A stretch of 63,025 nt of DNA, filler included, from Octopus bimaculoides (Eukaryota): NCBI RefSeq assembly GCF_001194135.2. It is 4 parts of 4 records of this genome, joined end to end, with 100 filler letters (N's around TTAATTAATTAA, not from the genome) between each part and the next. Parts side by side here need not be neighbours in the genome. Positions count along the whole stretch, not along the records: positions 21,668 to 49,616 come from NC_068981.1; positions 49,717 to 60,849 come from NC_068996.1; 2 more parts are not named here. The stretch is one strand, 5' to 3'. Shown in pieces: positions 38,421-51,000 of this stretch. Position numbers and translations under genes: made by a program. Under the pieces are notes generated by a model. That model searched no databases, was not told the DNA's origin, and worked only from the letters and a program-made list of their open reading frames with translations. Each line of letters begins with the position of its first letter. Positions within the stretch are counted from its first letter, which is position 1.

Positions 38421-40339
38421 AACATAAAATAACATTTATATGTGTGGGTAATTATAATTATATCTATATCCGTTTCGCATTTTTTTTATCTCTCTTTGCA
38501 CCGGTATGAGCATATTTATTTTTGTACGGTGTTCTTTCCTTCATGTACACCCTTTAATAAAACAACTTGAAAAACTAGAATACCTATATCTTTGTATACT
38601 ATTTTGCAGATGTGTCTTTTACTAATGTATTAGTATGGACTAAAACATTTTTCCCTTATAAGATTATTTTATATGATATTATGTATGAATTATTTTGTAT
38701 ATTCTGTATACTTATGTGTACCCAAAACTCATGAATTTTTTTCTTATATTCATAATGCACAATAACCTTCTATTACTTGAATACTTATTACTTATATAAT
38801 ATTACTATATACTTCTCTCTCGCCTTATGCCGAGCTAGCTTCTTAACTCATACTTTTATTTATACCTAAACATAATCAATGTATTATATAGCGATACTTT
38901 AATAAAAAGTTTTACTACCTTTCTTTTCCTAGATATATTATCTCCGCTACATTGTTATTTTCAATTTACTACATCTAATTAAACCTCTCAACATTCTTTT
39001 TCATATTTATAGCCACAGCAAGTATTTACTATCTAAATCTGTAATATTAACAACTAATTTCCTAATTTTTATTGTTTTTACCTTATATTGAATACATACA
39101 CATGAATATTAGTTCTTACACTAAACAGAACTCCATTTTACATACCTCATTAAGCATTTCTACCCCTAATAATTGTTTTCGTTGCATTCTAGCAGTCTCC
39201 TATATACTAGATTCACTAGTTTAATTTCATTCTCACGCACAATGTTTTTAAATACACACCTAATATTGTTTATAAATGTCAAGTCATATCCTAATTCAAA
39301 CATAACTATGCTTTTTCCATTGGACAGTTTTATAAAACTTCCTTTCATACATGACTTATTTGGAGTTTAAATTACTTACCTACTTACTTTTCTATAGAGG
39401 GAACGTCTCATAAAACCTTTTTCACTTATATTTTCAGATAACCATTAGTTGCCTTAGTTTTAATTAGACTCATATTCTTTATTATGATGCTCGTAATTTT
39501 CATCAGGATAATTACGTAATTATCCGAAATTATTCTTTGCTATTTCCTGTATCAAGTCCTCTGTAATAATATTTTTTTTGTTTATACTTCTTGCACCGAG
39601 GAGAACAGTGATATATAATTAATTTAATTTAATCAAATTAATTTAATTATTCCACAATGAATTTGCATATTTCATAATCACTGTTTGAAACGATCGTATG
39701 CATGTATTAAAAGTCTTTAAAATTTTAACATCTCTTCTCTATTTGAAACAAATTTGTCGAGTTCTATGGGATACCTTTCCATAAATCCACATAACACACC
39801 ATATATTAGTATTATTTTCATATTCGCAAACTTATGCTAGTAAGCTACCAGCAAAATATGAAGAATCTTTATTAGAAATCCAAATTAAAGGACGAAATAT
39901 AATTCAATCTTTTCACACTCATAAATACACATACGCACACACACACATATATATATATAAAGAGAGAGAGAGAAATTTTATGCAGATTCTCTACTCAACT
40001 TTCTCTGTCATGGTCAATGTGACGATCATACGCTACACACCTTCCTTCCAATCACTGCTATAAACAGGGGAAGTGAGCTAGACATTTCAAACTCCGTGCG
40101 CATGCACAGCAGAGTTCAAGGTTAATCTGTGCCAAGCGGCTTTGCTCTGTATACTTTAGCTTTGTTACGATGCCAACAGTCTGGATACGTACCTACAAAA
40201 AGTGATATAGAAGTCTTGGTACGCCCATGCACGCACAAGTTCACACGTACAGAGACAACATATATTATACATTTTTTGTTAAAATTTTTGCTTGTGAACA
40301 TTTGCCTCCTGCGAAGTATAACTTATTCATGAAATATCG

Positions 40340-40520
40340 GTGTGAAATTTCGGCATGAGGCCAGCAATTTTAAGGGAGAAGTTAGTCGATCACATCCATC
40401 CCACTGTTCAATTGGTACTCATTTTATCGACTTCGTAAGGATGAAAAGGCACTGTAGACCTCATCAGGAGGCTAAGCATTTTGCACGGTGTGCTAACAAT
40501 TCTGGAAGCTCACCGCCTTA
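40340..40520 (-). mobile_element. SINE family A, degenerate
   Basis: ttggtactcattttatcgac...ggatgaaa...aagcattttgcacggtgtgctaac. Confidence 0.7.
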
Positions 40521-40894
40521 GTGAATATATGTATGTATATATGCATGTATGTATGTATATATATAAATTTGCTTACATGAAGCTCAAAAATATATGAATT
40601 AAAATTAGAGAATAAGATAATGAAATACGTAAATTCNNNNNNNNNNNNNNNNNNNNNNNNNNNNNNNNNNNNNNNNNNNNNNNNNNNNNNNNNNNNNNNN
40701 NNNNNNNNNNNNNNNNNNNNNNNNNNNNNNNNNNNNNNNNNNNNNNNNNNNNNNNNNNNNNNNNNNNNNNNNNNNNNNNNNNNNNNNNNNNNNNNNNNNN
40801 NNNNNNNNNNNNNNNNNNNNNNNNNNNNNNNNNNNNNNNNNNNNNNNNNNNNNNNGTATGTAAGTATGTATGTATGTATGTATATGTATGTATG

Positions 40895-40926
<32 letters not shown>

Positions 40927-42109
40927 TGTATATATATAAATTTGCTTACATGAAGCTCAAAAATATATGAATTAAAATTAGAGAATAAGATAATGAAATA
41001 CGTAAATTCTTAACTCGACAGATGTTTCAAGCACCCCAGAAGGAAATGTAGAAAAACACATGGATATGTAACCGGTGACCAGTGACATGGAGTCATTACA
41101 AAAAATCCGGTTCCCCTCATGAAGAGAAGATTGCAATAGTTGTCCATTGGGATGAAGGATTAGGGGTGGTGGTATCTGAGTAGGAAAGCATGTTAATAAG
41201 AGAATAAAGAAAATTGGAACTTACATTCGGCGAAAATTGGGAAAAAATTATAACTAGGAGAAATTATAAAAGTTTCGCATGATGAACAAATGTGGAATAA
41301 AACATGTTTGCATTAGAAGATTATGTTAGAGAACCTATTGTGTGATGAGGTATTATAATGGCAAATAATAGCGAGTGATTCCTTGCAAGATAAATTACAA
41401 ACGCGATGGTTTGTTTTGTATGGGGCATGATTATAATTACTACCTAACTTCAAGCTTCCAGAAACAACTGTCCAGTCAGGAAGTTGCATATTTTCGTATG
41501 TTATTCTGCACTTTTAGCCTGTATTTTTGTGCAGCATGTAAATATAATACGAACTGTGTTTATCTCTGTTACTATCTCTATCTCGTTCTCTCCCTCTCTC
41601 ACTGTATATATGTGCGTGTGTATGCAGTTTTAGTAGGTTTTCTACATCATTTAATCTTGGTTAATGTGTTTATCCTCAAATCAGCAACGATTAGATAGAA
41701 CTATGGTGAAATGTGTTCCATCTCTATCATGTGGTGTATGGAGAAGTACATTGCTAAACGTATCTTCCATATAAAACTGAAAACTGTGCTGGTTAACATT
41801 TCCTGCAGGTCGTATACCATGTATATTATTGCTCTGATTTATAGAAAGAACTGATATGAGATAAAACTGATGTTCCATTATAAAGAGGAATATATGGAGA
41901 GTTAGGTACTACGATGAAACACACTGAACTCTTCGTTTTTCTGTCCTACTCTTTCCATTGCTATTTTAACACACACACACACACAGACACACGCACACAC
42001 ACTCCCTCCATTACTCTCTCTCTCACACAGTTTCTCTTGCTTCATTATATTTATTCACTCTCTTTGTCTTCCTCACAATTTTTATTTCTTTCCTTCACTC
42101 TTTATTGAC

Positions 42110-42560
42110 TAAATCCCACACGATTTTTGTCGTCCTTGGGTAGCAACTGTTATTTCCTATTTGCTTACCCCTAGAAAGTATGAAAAATTACTAATATTTC
42201 CTGAAATCTTTGCTTTGTTATATTTTTCCAAGCCCCAAATGATTCCTCTCAACACATGGTTATGATGCTCTCCCACTACTTCTGCTCATAATCAGAGATG
42301 TACATCTTGTCAGAAACTAAGGGACATGCTCAAGTGGTTAAGGTCAAACAACTGACGAACAAATTTCTGGTACTGAGCAGAAACGATATTTCTGCTTCAG
42401 CAACTCAACGCTGAATCTGCAGGAAATATAAAAGGAAATAGGCCTGTTTCAAAACATTGATATCCAGGACACAAAAGCAAAGTTTGAAGGGAATAGTAGT
42501 GATTTCCTTTGAGTTTTAGATAGAAGCAAATGGAAAAGAATACTTACTGATCAAAGGCAA
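42110..42560. repeat. ~450-bp interspersed repeat family E
   Basis: Inverted homology to 54245-54690 (e.g. catgctcaagtggttaaggtcaa / ttgaccttaaccacttgagcat). Confidence 0.8.
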
Positions 42561-43306
42561 AAAAAAAAAAGAAAATTAATTTTGTTACATAGTGTAGAGT
42601 TCTAAGGAGTAGTTAATACCATTACAAAATATAAAATGTTTATAACACAATATATATTGGAAAGAAATCAAAGAAGAATGATAGTAACAATGAAAATAAC
42701 AATGAAAGTAACAATGATAGTAACAATGAAAAATGAAGTGCCAACAAAAATGCTTATGCAGTTTTATAATGCTATATAATGTAATATATAAGTTACGTTA
42801 ACGGAATTCTCAGAAAGGTTTTAGAAATCTGATTTGGGCAACGGATTAAAATCTCATTATATTCGTTAAGTAATCCTAACGTCCATTTCAGAATTTCAAG
42901 TGCTTCCCATGTAGCGTAAAGCAAAATTAATTGTACTTCTTTGTCTGTTTAATTGACCACGATATAAAGTAATCAATATTTTTATTCTTCTAGTCTCCAA
43001 CAAATTTGCTAACGAGGCATTACGTAATTTATTCTTGTTATTGAAATAATGTAAATGATTGACCCACCTCAACTTGAATTTTGATGCCGTGACACTGAAA
43101 TAGTAATAATGGTTATTGGGTTATATCATCGTCTAAATAAAGTGTGGCGGAACATGTTAATTTATCTACGCCTTTCTTGAAAACTTTGCAATGCCTATTA
43201 GAAACATTAGTTACGTACTTCTACAATACTCGTGCAAATATTGCACGGTACCCGTGGCCACCTGAAATCCGAAGAGATGTTTTAACACATAAAATATCAC
43301 ACTTAC

Positions 43307-43410
43307 GTAGCCTACACGCTCCGTTATTGTTATTGTGATGAGTAATCAGATTAGACTTAGAATTAGATGGATATGTTATCAGTGTTTTATTTTCATTTAT
43401 CATGTACTTG
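43307..43410 (-). other. Candidate 104-nt exon
   Basis: Donor TAC|GTAAGT (intron starts 43306); weak acceptor aaaatgcag; single open frame KYMINENKTLITYPSNSKSNLITHHNNNNGACRL. Confidence 0.3.
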
Positions 43411-44139
43411 CTGCATTTTAAAAATGTTGCTTCTTTTAAGAATTGCGTTTATTATCAATCAATTATTTTTTATGCAAATTCTGTAGAATATAGCTGTTCC
43501 TGAAAATATAGCACTTTTTCATACATACTAAACATTATGAACGTCCAAATTGAAACGAACTACCAAAAGCTAAAAGATATAGAGGTCTATCATCTTGAGC
43601 TGAAACACCTATGTATCGGATGTTCGATGAACAAATTACAAAGTATACTATAGAACACTTATTGTTTCTTTTTAATATTGCAACTAAAACATTTCCAGAA
43701 ATACATTGCGGAAGCGTTAAATGAGATATCTTGCAGTATTTTATGCTTAAGAGTTTAAATCGCACTGAAGTCAGCTTTGCTGTTAATTCTTCAAGGTCAG
43801 TCAAATAACTATGGAGTACTAAAATTAGCATTACCGCTTGTTCTCTACTGTTAAATTCTGGTCTGTCGTAGTAATAGTGATGGTGTGTGTTCGTGTATGT
43901 ATGCGTGTGAGATTTTGTAAATGTGTATGTGTGGATGTGAGTGTGTGTGTGCGTCTGTGTGTGTGTGTGGTCAACAACCGAAAATGTAATGCAAGGAAAG
44001 ATATGAGAAAGTGAAAATGGGGATCGCAGCTGAATGGAAAGATATAGAGAAAGAAGCAGTGATAGAGAAAGACAAAGGAGAGAGAATGAGAGGAAAGGAG
44101 AGGAGAAAGAACGGGAGAGAGAGAGAGAGAGTGTGTGTG

Positions 44140-44173
<34 letters not shown>

Positions 44174-44974
44174 GTGTAGAGAGAAAGAAACGGTGTGAGC
44201 GGGAGAAGAGAAGGAATGGGACACTATTTGCATAAACAAAGTACAAAGAACAACGAACATATCACATCACGAATTGATAAGAGACAAACATATTTTGCAT
44301 GCCTGTTATATTGCTTGTATCCTATACCACAGTAACAACACCATGTTGTCGTTAGTTGTATATCAATTAAATTTGAGAAAACAGTGCAGACAAAAACGGA
44401 AGTTATGTTGATCCATTGTTAATGGGGATTGTAGTGATAGCATTAATTTTAGCGTACATGTATTTAATATAGATAGTAAGCAATATATACACAGCTACTA
44501 GCTACTACCCTGCACGAAGATATATATGACATATATGAAGATGTGTGCATAAATTTATGTTTGCATAGTTATGTATATATATGTATGTATATATATGTAT
44601 ATATNNNNNNNNNNNNNNNNNNNNNNNNNNNNNNNNNNNNNNNNNNNNNNNNNNNNNNNNNNNNNNNNNNNNNNNNNNNNNNNNNNNNNNNNNNNNNNNN
44701 NNNNNNNNNNNNNNNNNNNNNNNNNNNNNNNNNNNNNNNNNNNNNNNNNNNNNNNNNNNNNNNNNNNNNNNNNNNNNNNNNNNNNNNNNNNNNNNNNNNN
44801 NNNNNNNNNNNNNNNNNNNNNNNNNNNNNNNNNNNNNNNNNNNNNNNNNNNNNNNNNNNNNNNNNNNNNNNNNNNNNNNNNNNNNNNNNNNNNNNNNNNN
44901 NNNNNNNNNNNNNNNNNNNNNNNNNNNNNNNNNNNNNNNNNNNNNNNNNNNNNNNNATAAGGAAAACACGTTTA

Positions 44975-46399
44975 TAGGGTGTTTCTTTTTATTATGCAAG
45001 TTAACAAGATACTGCTTTCTTCCATCTTATATGTGATTTTGAAATGTTTTTTCTTAATTTCAGATACAGGAAATATAGAAATGGGTCGAAATAAAGATAT
45101 AACATGAAAGGAGAAGAAAGAAATAGTGAAACTACTGGGAGAAGGGGATACAACAATTGTAATTCCTAAAAAGTTAAATAGAGATCACAGAACAATAAAA
45201 AAAATCAGGTACAAAATATTGAGAGATTAAGAATAAGGAAGAAAACGGGTTTCAAGAACATCACAAATAAAGATAAGAGAAAACTCAAAAGAATTATGTG
45301 CAAGAAAAGTGGGTTAACCAGCAAACAAATCTTTGAAGAAAAAAGCAGGAATCACTAAAATACAAAGGAAAAAAACGTTGCACAATATTAAAAGAAATGG
45401 GAAAAGTCATAAATTTCGCAAAATTGCCTCTTTTAAATAAAGTACAACAAAGAAAAAAAGAGTGACGTACGCAAAAAGATATATGAAGACAGACTTTACA
45501 AATGTAATTTTTACTGACGAGTGTAGAGCAATATTAGCTGGATCTGATGGATGGGCAAGAGGCTGGATGTTACATGGAAAAAGTCAACCAACACGAATAA
45601 GAAGGCAGCAGAATGGTGGAGGAATCATGTTTTGGATGAGACATTATAGGTCCATTTAAGGTTGATGACGGAGTTAAAATAAATTCTGAAAATGATCGCA
45701 AGTTTCTAGATGACAAATTCTTCCATTGGAACAAGTTAACATCGCTAAGTTTCAAGTTAAAGAGCATATCTATGCATGATAATGCTCCTTCATACTCTGC
45801 CAAACTCACTATTAACCATTTAGCTAAGAAAGGTTTCAAAGAACATAAGATAATGGAATGCCATCCACACCAATCTCCAGATCTAAACCCAATAGAACAT
45901 TTGTGGCCACTTATTAAAAAAGATGTATATTCTAATGGTAAACAATATCCAAACAAGGATTTACTAAGAGAAGCAATAAAACCTGATGCAAGTAATATTA
46001 AAAGTGAGATTGTTGAGAAATTGACAAAATCAGTTGATGAGAGAATATTTAAAGTCATAGATGGTAAAGGAGGTTATGTAAAGGTGTAAAATATACACAT
46101 AATTGTTGGTAGATATGGTGGAAGGTATACGTATGTATTAACGGTCTGGTTATGTATTATTCTATACGTAAATCACATGTAGTTTATATAATATTTCTTA
46201 ATTTGCATAATAAAAAGAAACACCCTATAGACATGTTTTTCTTAATTTTCACTTTAATTGTATAGCGATTTAGACGAATACTATACGTGACATGGGATAC
46301 TTATTCCTACATATCGTGTGAAAATTTCAACAAAATCGGACAAGGGGTTTTGATTTTATTGAGGAATGATTGACCTGCATAATAAAAGGAGGCATAGTG
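44975..46399 (+). mobile_element. Tc1-family transposon, TRT/DD37E-like, IR/DR ends, transposase pseudogene; left end lost in gap
   Basis: ATG 45081, stop 46089; motifs VIFTDE, DGWARGW, RRQQNGGG, HDNAP, SPDLNPIEHLW, KGGY. Right TIR about 46203-46399 ends ...catagtg|TA with two ttttattatgca direct repeats. Left TIR matches from 44957 into the N gap. Confidence 0.9.
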
Positions 46400-47012
46400 T
46401 ATATATATATATATATATATATATGTGTGCGCTTGTGAGTGTCTGTGTGCGTATGCGTGTGTGTGGAAGTGAATGTGTGTGCATTGCGTATATGTTTATA
46501 TCTATATATATGCATATGTATAAATAAATATGTATGTACACACACATATTTTGTAAAAGAGTTTGATTCTATTCCACGTGGCATAAAGCTTTGCAGGGTT
46601 CTAACAGAAACCCGTTTTTTCCAGGCTTTAAATTATCGAATGGAGAGTTACAGTAAGTTCACGATGGCTACCGGAAGATAGGCGGGTCACATAGTGTTTT
46701 CAAAGAATATCATTTCACAACACCATGAGGCTCGCCTTGGCTAATAACTACCTATCTTCCTGTAGCCATGTTGAATTTACTGTATCTCTACATCTGGTAA
46801 TCTATGGCGTGCAAGAGACGGTCTTCTCTTAGAGCCCTGCGAAATTTGAAGTCTCATAGAACCGAAATAAACGGCTTGAATAACACATCTAACTTATAAG
46901 TAAGTTGACTCGCCTCTTTTCATTTGTCTACTCATTCGTATGCATGTATGTATGTAAGTATGTATGTATACATGTATACATATATGTATATATGTATATA
47001 CGTATATGTATG

Positions 47013-47057
<45 letters not shown>

Positions 47058-48289
47058 NNNNNNNNNNNNNNNNNNNNNNNNNNNNNNNNNNNNNNNNNNN
47101 NNNNNNNNNNNNNNNNNNNNNNNNNNNNNNNNNNNNNNNNNNNNNNNNNNNNNNNNNNNNNNNTATGTATATATGTATATATAACTTCATTCCTTTCATT
47201 CGACTGTTAACCCTCGAGTTTAAGGTCATCTACGGCTGCAGGCTACCAGACAGTCGGCAATCTGGAGATTGTTTTGTCAAACAAATCCCTGAAAATCTGC
47301 ACGTATTTGCAGAGTTTTAACAATTATAAATATGGCGAATGTGAAAGGGAAGTCCTTTTATTACATCAGTTTACAATATTGCATGCATGTATATGTAAGG
47401 ATATGTATGTATGCATGTATGTATATATGTATGTTTTTACGTGTGTGTATGTATGCATATATGTATGTAAATTTATATGACTGGTTAGAGATGTATGTAT
47501 ACAATTTTTGTTTTTATTTATAAAAACTTTTATTATTAATTAAGAAATAATTCAATATACCTGAGATGACTCACTTTTTGATTTGCAAGGAAATAAATTA
47601 TTTCAAGTTTTCTATCATCATTGACTCCACTAGATCCTAAAGTATTTTGTATTTTGAAACGCTTATATATTTTTGGTTCATCTTATTATTGGAGTCCTTT
47701 ATAACGAAATTGTGTGATAGACGAAAATATATCTTGTTACATTACTTGAGTGTGAACATAAACAGGGAATTAATATTAGATTAATATGTGTTAACTTATT
47801 AATTTTATGTTAGAGGCATGATTTATGTAAGTAAGAAATGTGTGGAAAAAAAGTTAAAAAATGTATGAATGCTTGTATGTGATCCTTCAAATAACGCCGC
47901 AACACTGATGTATCTTTCATTTGTGCTCGAATCGAATGTAATTCCCTTTTCGCCGGTTATATTTAGCGTAATAAACTATTTCTATGATTTATTGCTCTAA
48001 GCATAACCTAATTTACAACCACGTGACAATGTAAAACTGACGTCCTTGAGAAAACATATAGGTAAACACCAGTGGATGATTGAAGCTCTTATTAATTCGT
48101 GTCTGGTTGTTTCAAGTTCTAGAACATCACCGAAAAATCTACAGTTATTTACCACATTATTATATATTTCTGGTAATCAGGGGCACTTTTGTATATATGA
48201 CTCCTTAAGTTCCAAACGAATAGGAGGCTTAATTGAATCTAAATGCTGGTTGTGTGTACTTTTGAAAGTGGCTATGATTATTCTCATGT

Positions 48290-49395
48290 AATATTTCTGA
48301 ATATCCCCAGAAGCGTTTATAGTTGTATATAACCACTTAAGATAGGCTTATCCCGAATATTTTTCCAGAAACTTTCTAGCCTCTTATGCATCTTCAGTAC
48401 TTTCTTCTCCACTGTTTATTTGGCTATAAAATCTCCGATGGTTTGTGTAGAATAATCTATTCTGTTGATACTGGTCTGTAATTTTCTGATATTTGGAAAG
48501 TTTACCTGCTACAGCTATGATACGCTGTTTCAACTCCTCCGTGACTATTCCAAGCCCCTTCTCTTTGACTAAGTATCTTTTCTCAAGAGAAGATTTAAAT
48601 TTTGTTTCCTAGCTTGTTCAGTTTCCAGGCTTCTATTCTACTCAGATCTTGTCTTAAATTCTTCACTTTATTTTGAAATCTTTTCCACATTAGTTCTTTT
48701 CTAATCTTTCCTTGAGGAATGCCTAATCTTGTAGTACCTACTACCCCTCCTGCATAGATCAATAAGTTAGATTCCTTTTGTTGGCACCGTTTAATGCTGG
48801 CAGTCTTTTTCTTCTTTACTCATTGCTTCCTTCAGCTCATCTAAAATCTTCTAATCTTCCTCACTTAAATCGCTTGTGCCAGTTGTCCCTTCATTATTGG
48901 TAGTGTAATCATTATTGTCCCCTTTAGATGCTCCTTCCATTTGAACTCTATTTGTTATGTTGTTTTTCTTTTCTACTGCCTAGTCTTTCTTTTTCAGTTC
49001 TCTTGTGATCTCTTCCACCTCAAATTCTCTCATCCATTTTCTTTTCCAAATAGCATTAACTTGGTCTACTAGTCTCTGTACATTCACTTTAAACATATCC
49101 TTCTCTACTCAAAGTGTTAACATCCGTTTACTACAACCCCTTCTTTTAGGTTCACTTTCTAAATAGCATTGCATCTCTATCCTGTTTTCTTCGCTGGTTC
49201 ACTTACTCCTCCTGACTCTATCAACTGCTGATGCTGTATTAGAATAACAGCTGTGGTCAGTCTACATCTTTACTGAATCACGTCTGAACGAGAGGCTTTC
49301 CCTTAAAGGTCGAGCCTCATTCATGCTGTTATACCAGGGTTTCTTGGAAAACTCTTGTATCTTAACTGAGGGAAGGTAATTGTGATCACCGCCGC

Positions 49396-49396
<1 letters not shown>
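48290..49396 (-). mobile_element. R4/Dong-clade retrotransposon, 5' end and N-terminal ORF, 3'-truncated
   Basis: CYLESEPKRRGCSKRM...QRLVDQVNAIWKRKW...EITREL; RLPAL; KNLRQDLSRIE; begins directly after (AAT)27. Confidence 0.78.

Positions 49397-49477
<81 letters not shown>
49397..49477. repeat. (ATT)27 microsatellite
   Basis: 81 bp, perfect. Confidence 0.97.
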
Positions 49478-49480
<3 letters not shown>

Positions 49481-49616
49481 TAGTTTTATTTTTATAACGT
49501 GCTTTCACTTCACTACCGAGCGCAGCTCTGTGCGCCTTGGGTATGTGCTGTGGTTTGCTGTGGTGCTCTTATGTTTACTGTATTGAAAGTGTTTTGCGTA
49601 GAATGTGTGCAGTACC
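49478..49616 (-). mobile_element. R4/Dong 3' terminus (ORF end plus 3' UTR), cut by assembly join
   Basis: Minus strand reads GTAHILRKTLSIQ*, then about 95 nt of UTR running into (AAT)n; same C-terminal motif as 8913-9025. Confidence 0.85.
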
Positions 49617-49716
49617 NNNNNNNNNNNNNNNNNNNNNNNNNNNNNNNNNNNNNNNNNNNNTTAATTAATTAANNNNNNNNNNNNNNNNNNNNNNNNNNNN
49701 NNNNNNNNNNNNNNNN
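49617..49716. other. Assembly join: N44-TTAATTAATTAA-N44
   Basis: Identical to the other two joins. Confidence 0.95.
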
Positions 49717-49789
49717 ATATATATATATATATATATATATACGTGCATACATACACACACACACACACATATATATAAATGTAAATCAT

Positions 49790-50040
49790 CATTATCATTT
49801 AAGATCTATGTTCCATGTTGACATGGGTTGGATGTTTTGACTGTAAGATGTCCAAGGGCTGTATTGTGCTCCAGAGTCTGCTCATGGCATGGTTTTTGCA
49901 GATGGATACCCTTCCTAATGGAAATCACTTTGCAGTGGGCTTCTTTCAGTTTCCATTTACCAAATCCACTGATAAGGCTTTGATTGATCCAGAGCTATCG
50001 TAACTAGTTTAAGGTGCCATGCTGTGGGACTGAAATGTAA
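49790..50040 (-). mobile_element. Degenerate SINE (family B head, family C-type tail)
   Basis: ggatacccttcctaatg...accaaatccactgataaggcttt...ggtgccatgctgtgggactgaa. Confidence 0.65.
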
Positions 50041-50357
50041 ATGTGTGTGTGTATGTGTGTGAGTATTTCTTTTAGGTACACATTGGTTTAAAAATTGTCT
50101 TGAGTTCTTTTCTGAAAATAAATAAACTAAATAATACATTATGTCATATGTATACAAACTTAAGTTTGTTTTTGTAGTGCTGAAATGTATTGTGGTACAA
50201 GTAGAAAGATATTTTTTTTTTCAATGCGTAAAATACAGATATAACAATATATATATGGGATAATATCCCTTACAGAGCAGCAAAATCTGTCGACAACCAG
50301 AAAAAATATATCTTTCTACTTGTACTAAATAATACATGACAAACAGTAATCACTTAC

Positions 50358-50405
50358 CTGTGTTGCAAACAGTTCGTAGAATATAAGGTTGATTCCGTAT
50401 CGTTA
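50358..50405 (-). other. Candidate 48-nt exon with consensus splice sites
   Basis: tttctctttaatctatttatttcag| acceptor and CAG|GTAAGT donor. Two open frames: NDTESTLYSTNCLQH or TIRNQPYILRTVCNT. No gene recognised. Confidence 0.6.
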
Positions 50406-50527
50406 CTGAAATAAATAGATTAAAGAGAAATTAGTAGCAATAGTTAGATGAAGGTCCCAGTTGAATTAATATGTAAAAACTTACTCATTTTGAGGTGTTT
50501 AATAAAACAAGGACAGTCGGTTATTAA

Positions 50528-50749
50528 CCCTTTAGCATTCAAATTACTCTGCTCTCAGATGTAATGCTTATTTATTTTCTTTGTTTTAATATAATCATTC
50601 ATAATCTTGTAACTTCAAGATTTCAATGATGTGATTGTTTATTTTTAGAATAATATTTAGGGTAGGTATGAGGGGCTGGATCTAGCTGGCTTGAGCATAA
50701 AACAGGTAGAATATTTGGGCCTGATATGGACAGTTTAAATACTAAAGGG
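50528..50749. mobile_element. piggyBac-like MITE, 222 bp
   Basis: TTAA at 50524-50527 and 50750-50753; TIRs ccctttagcattcaaa / tttaaatactaaaggg (14/16). A partial copy lies at about 52965-53058. Confidence 0.88.
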
Positions 50750-50875
50750 TTAAAATTGGAAAAGTTTTCAAGGTAAATTCTTACAGAAATATATGGAAAC
50801 AAAACAAATAGAATCAAGCTTCTGATTTAGTTTCAACAATAAAATATTAAAATGTCACCAAGGAATACTCTTCAT

Positions 50876-51000
50876 CAGCATTTCTCAACTGTGGCTCTCA
50901 GGGCTGCATGCGACCCTCAAACATCCTTCTGATGGCCCCCACTCCCAATTGTCTTCCCTTTATAAATATAATAAATTTTTCTTTAATTAACATGCGGTTT
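50876..51000. mobile_element. Possible hAT-like non-autonomous fragment
   Basis: Starts cagcatttctcaactgtggc...gggctgcatgcgaccc, resembling hAT MITE left ends; no right TIR or TSD found. Confidence 0.3.

Noticed and set aside
40020-40064. Plus-strand TGACG/CCAAT/TATAAA promoter
   Set aside because: CCAAT sits only about 6 bp from the TATA, which is non-canonical, and no downstream exon is evident.
41011-41035. Hammerhead-like GAAAC-ATCT-GTC on the minus strand
   Set aside because: No CUGANGA or stem II upstream; the core is incomplete.
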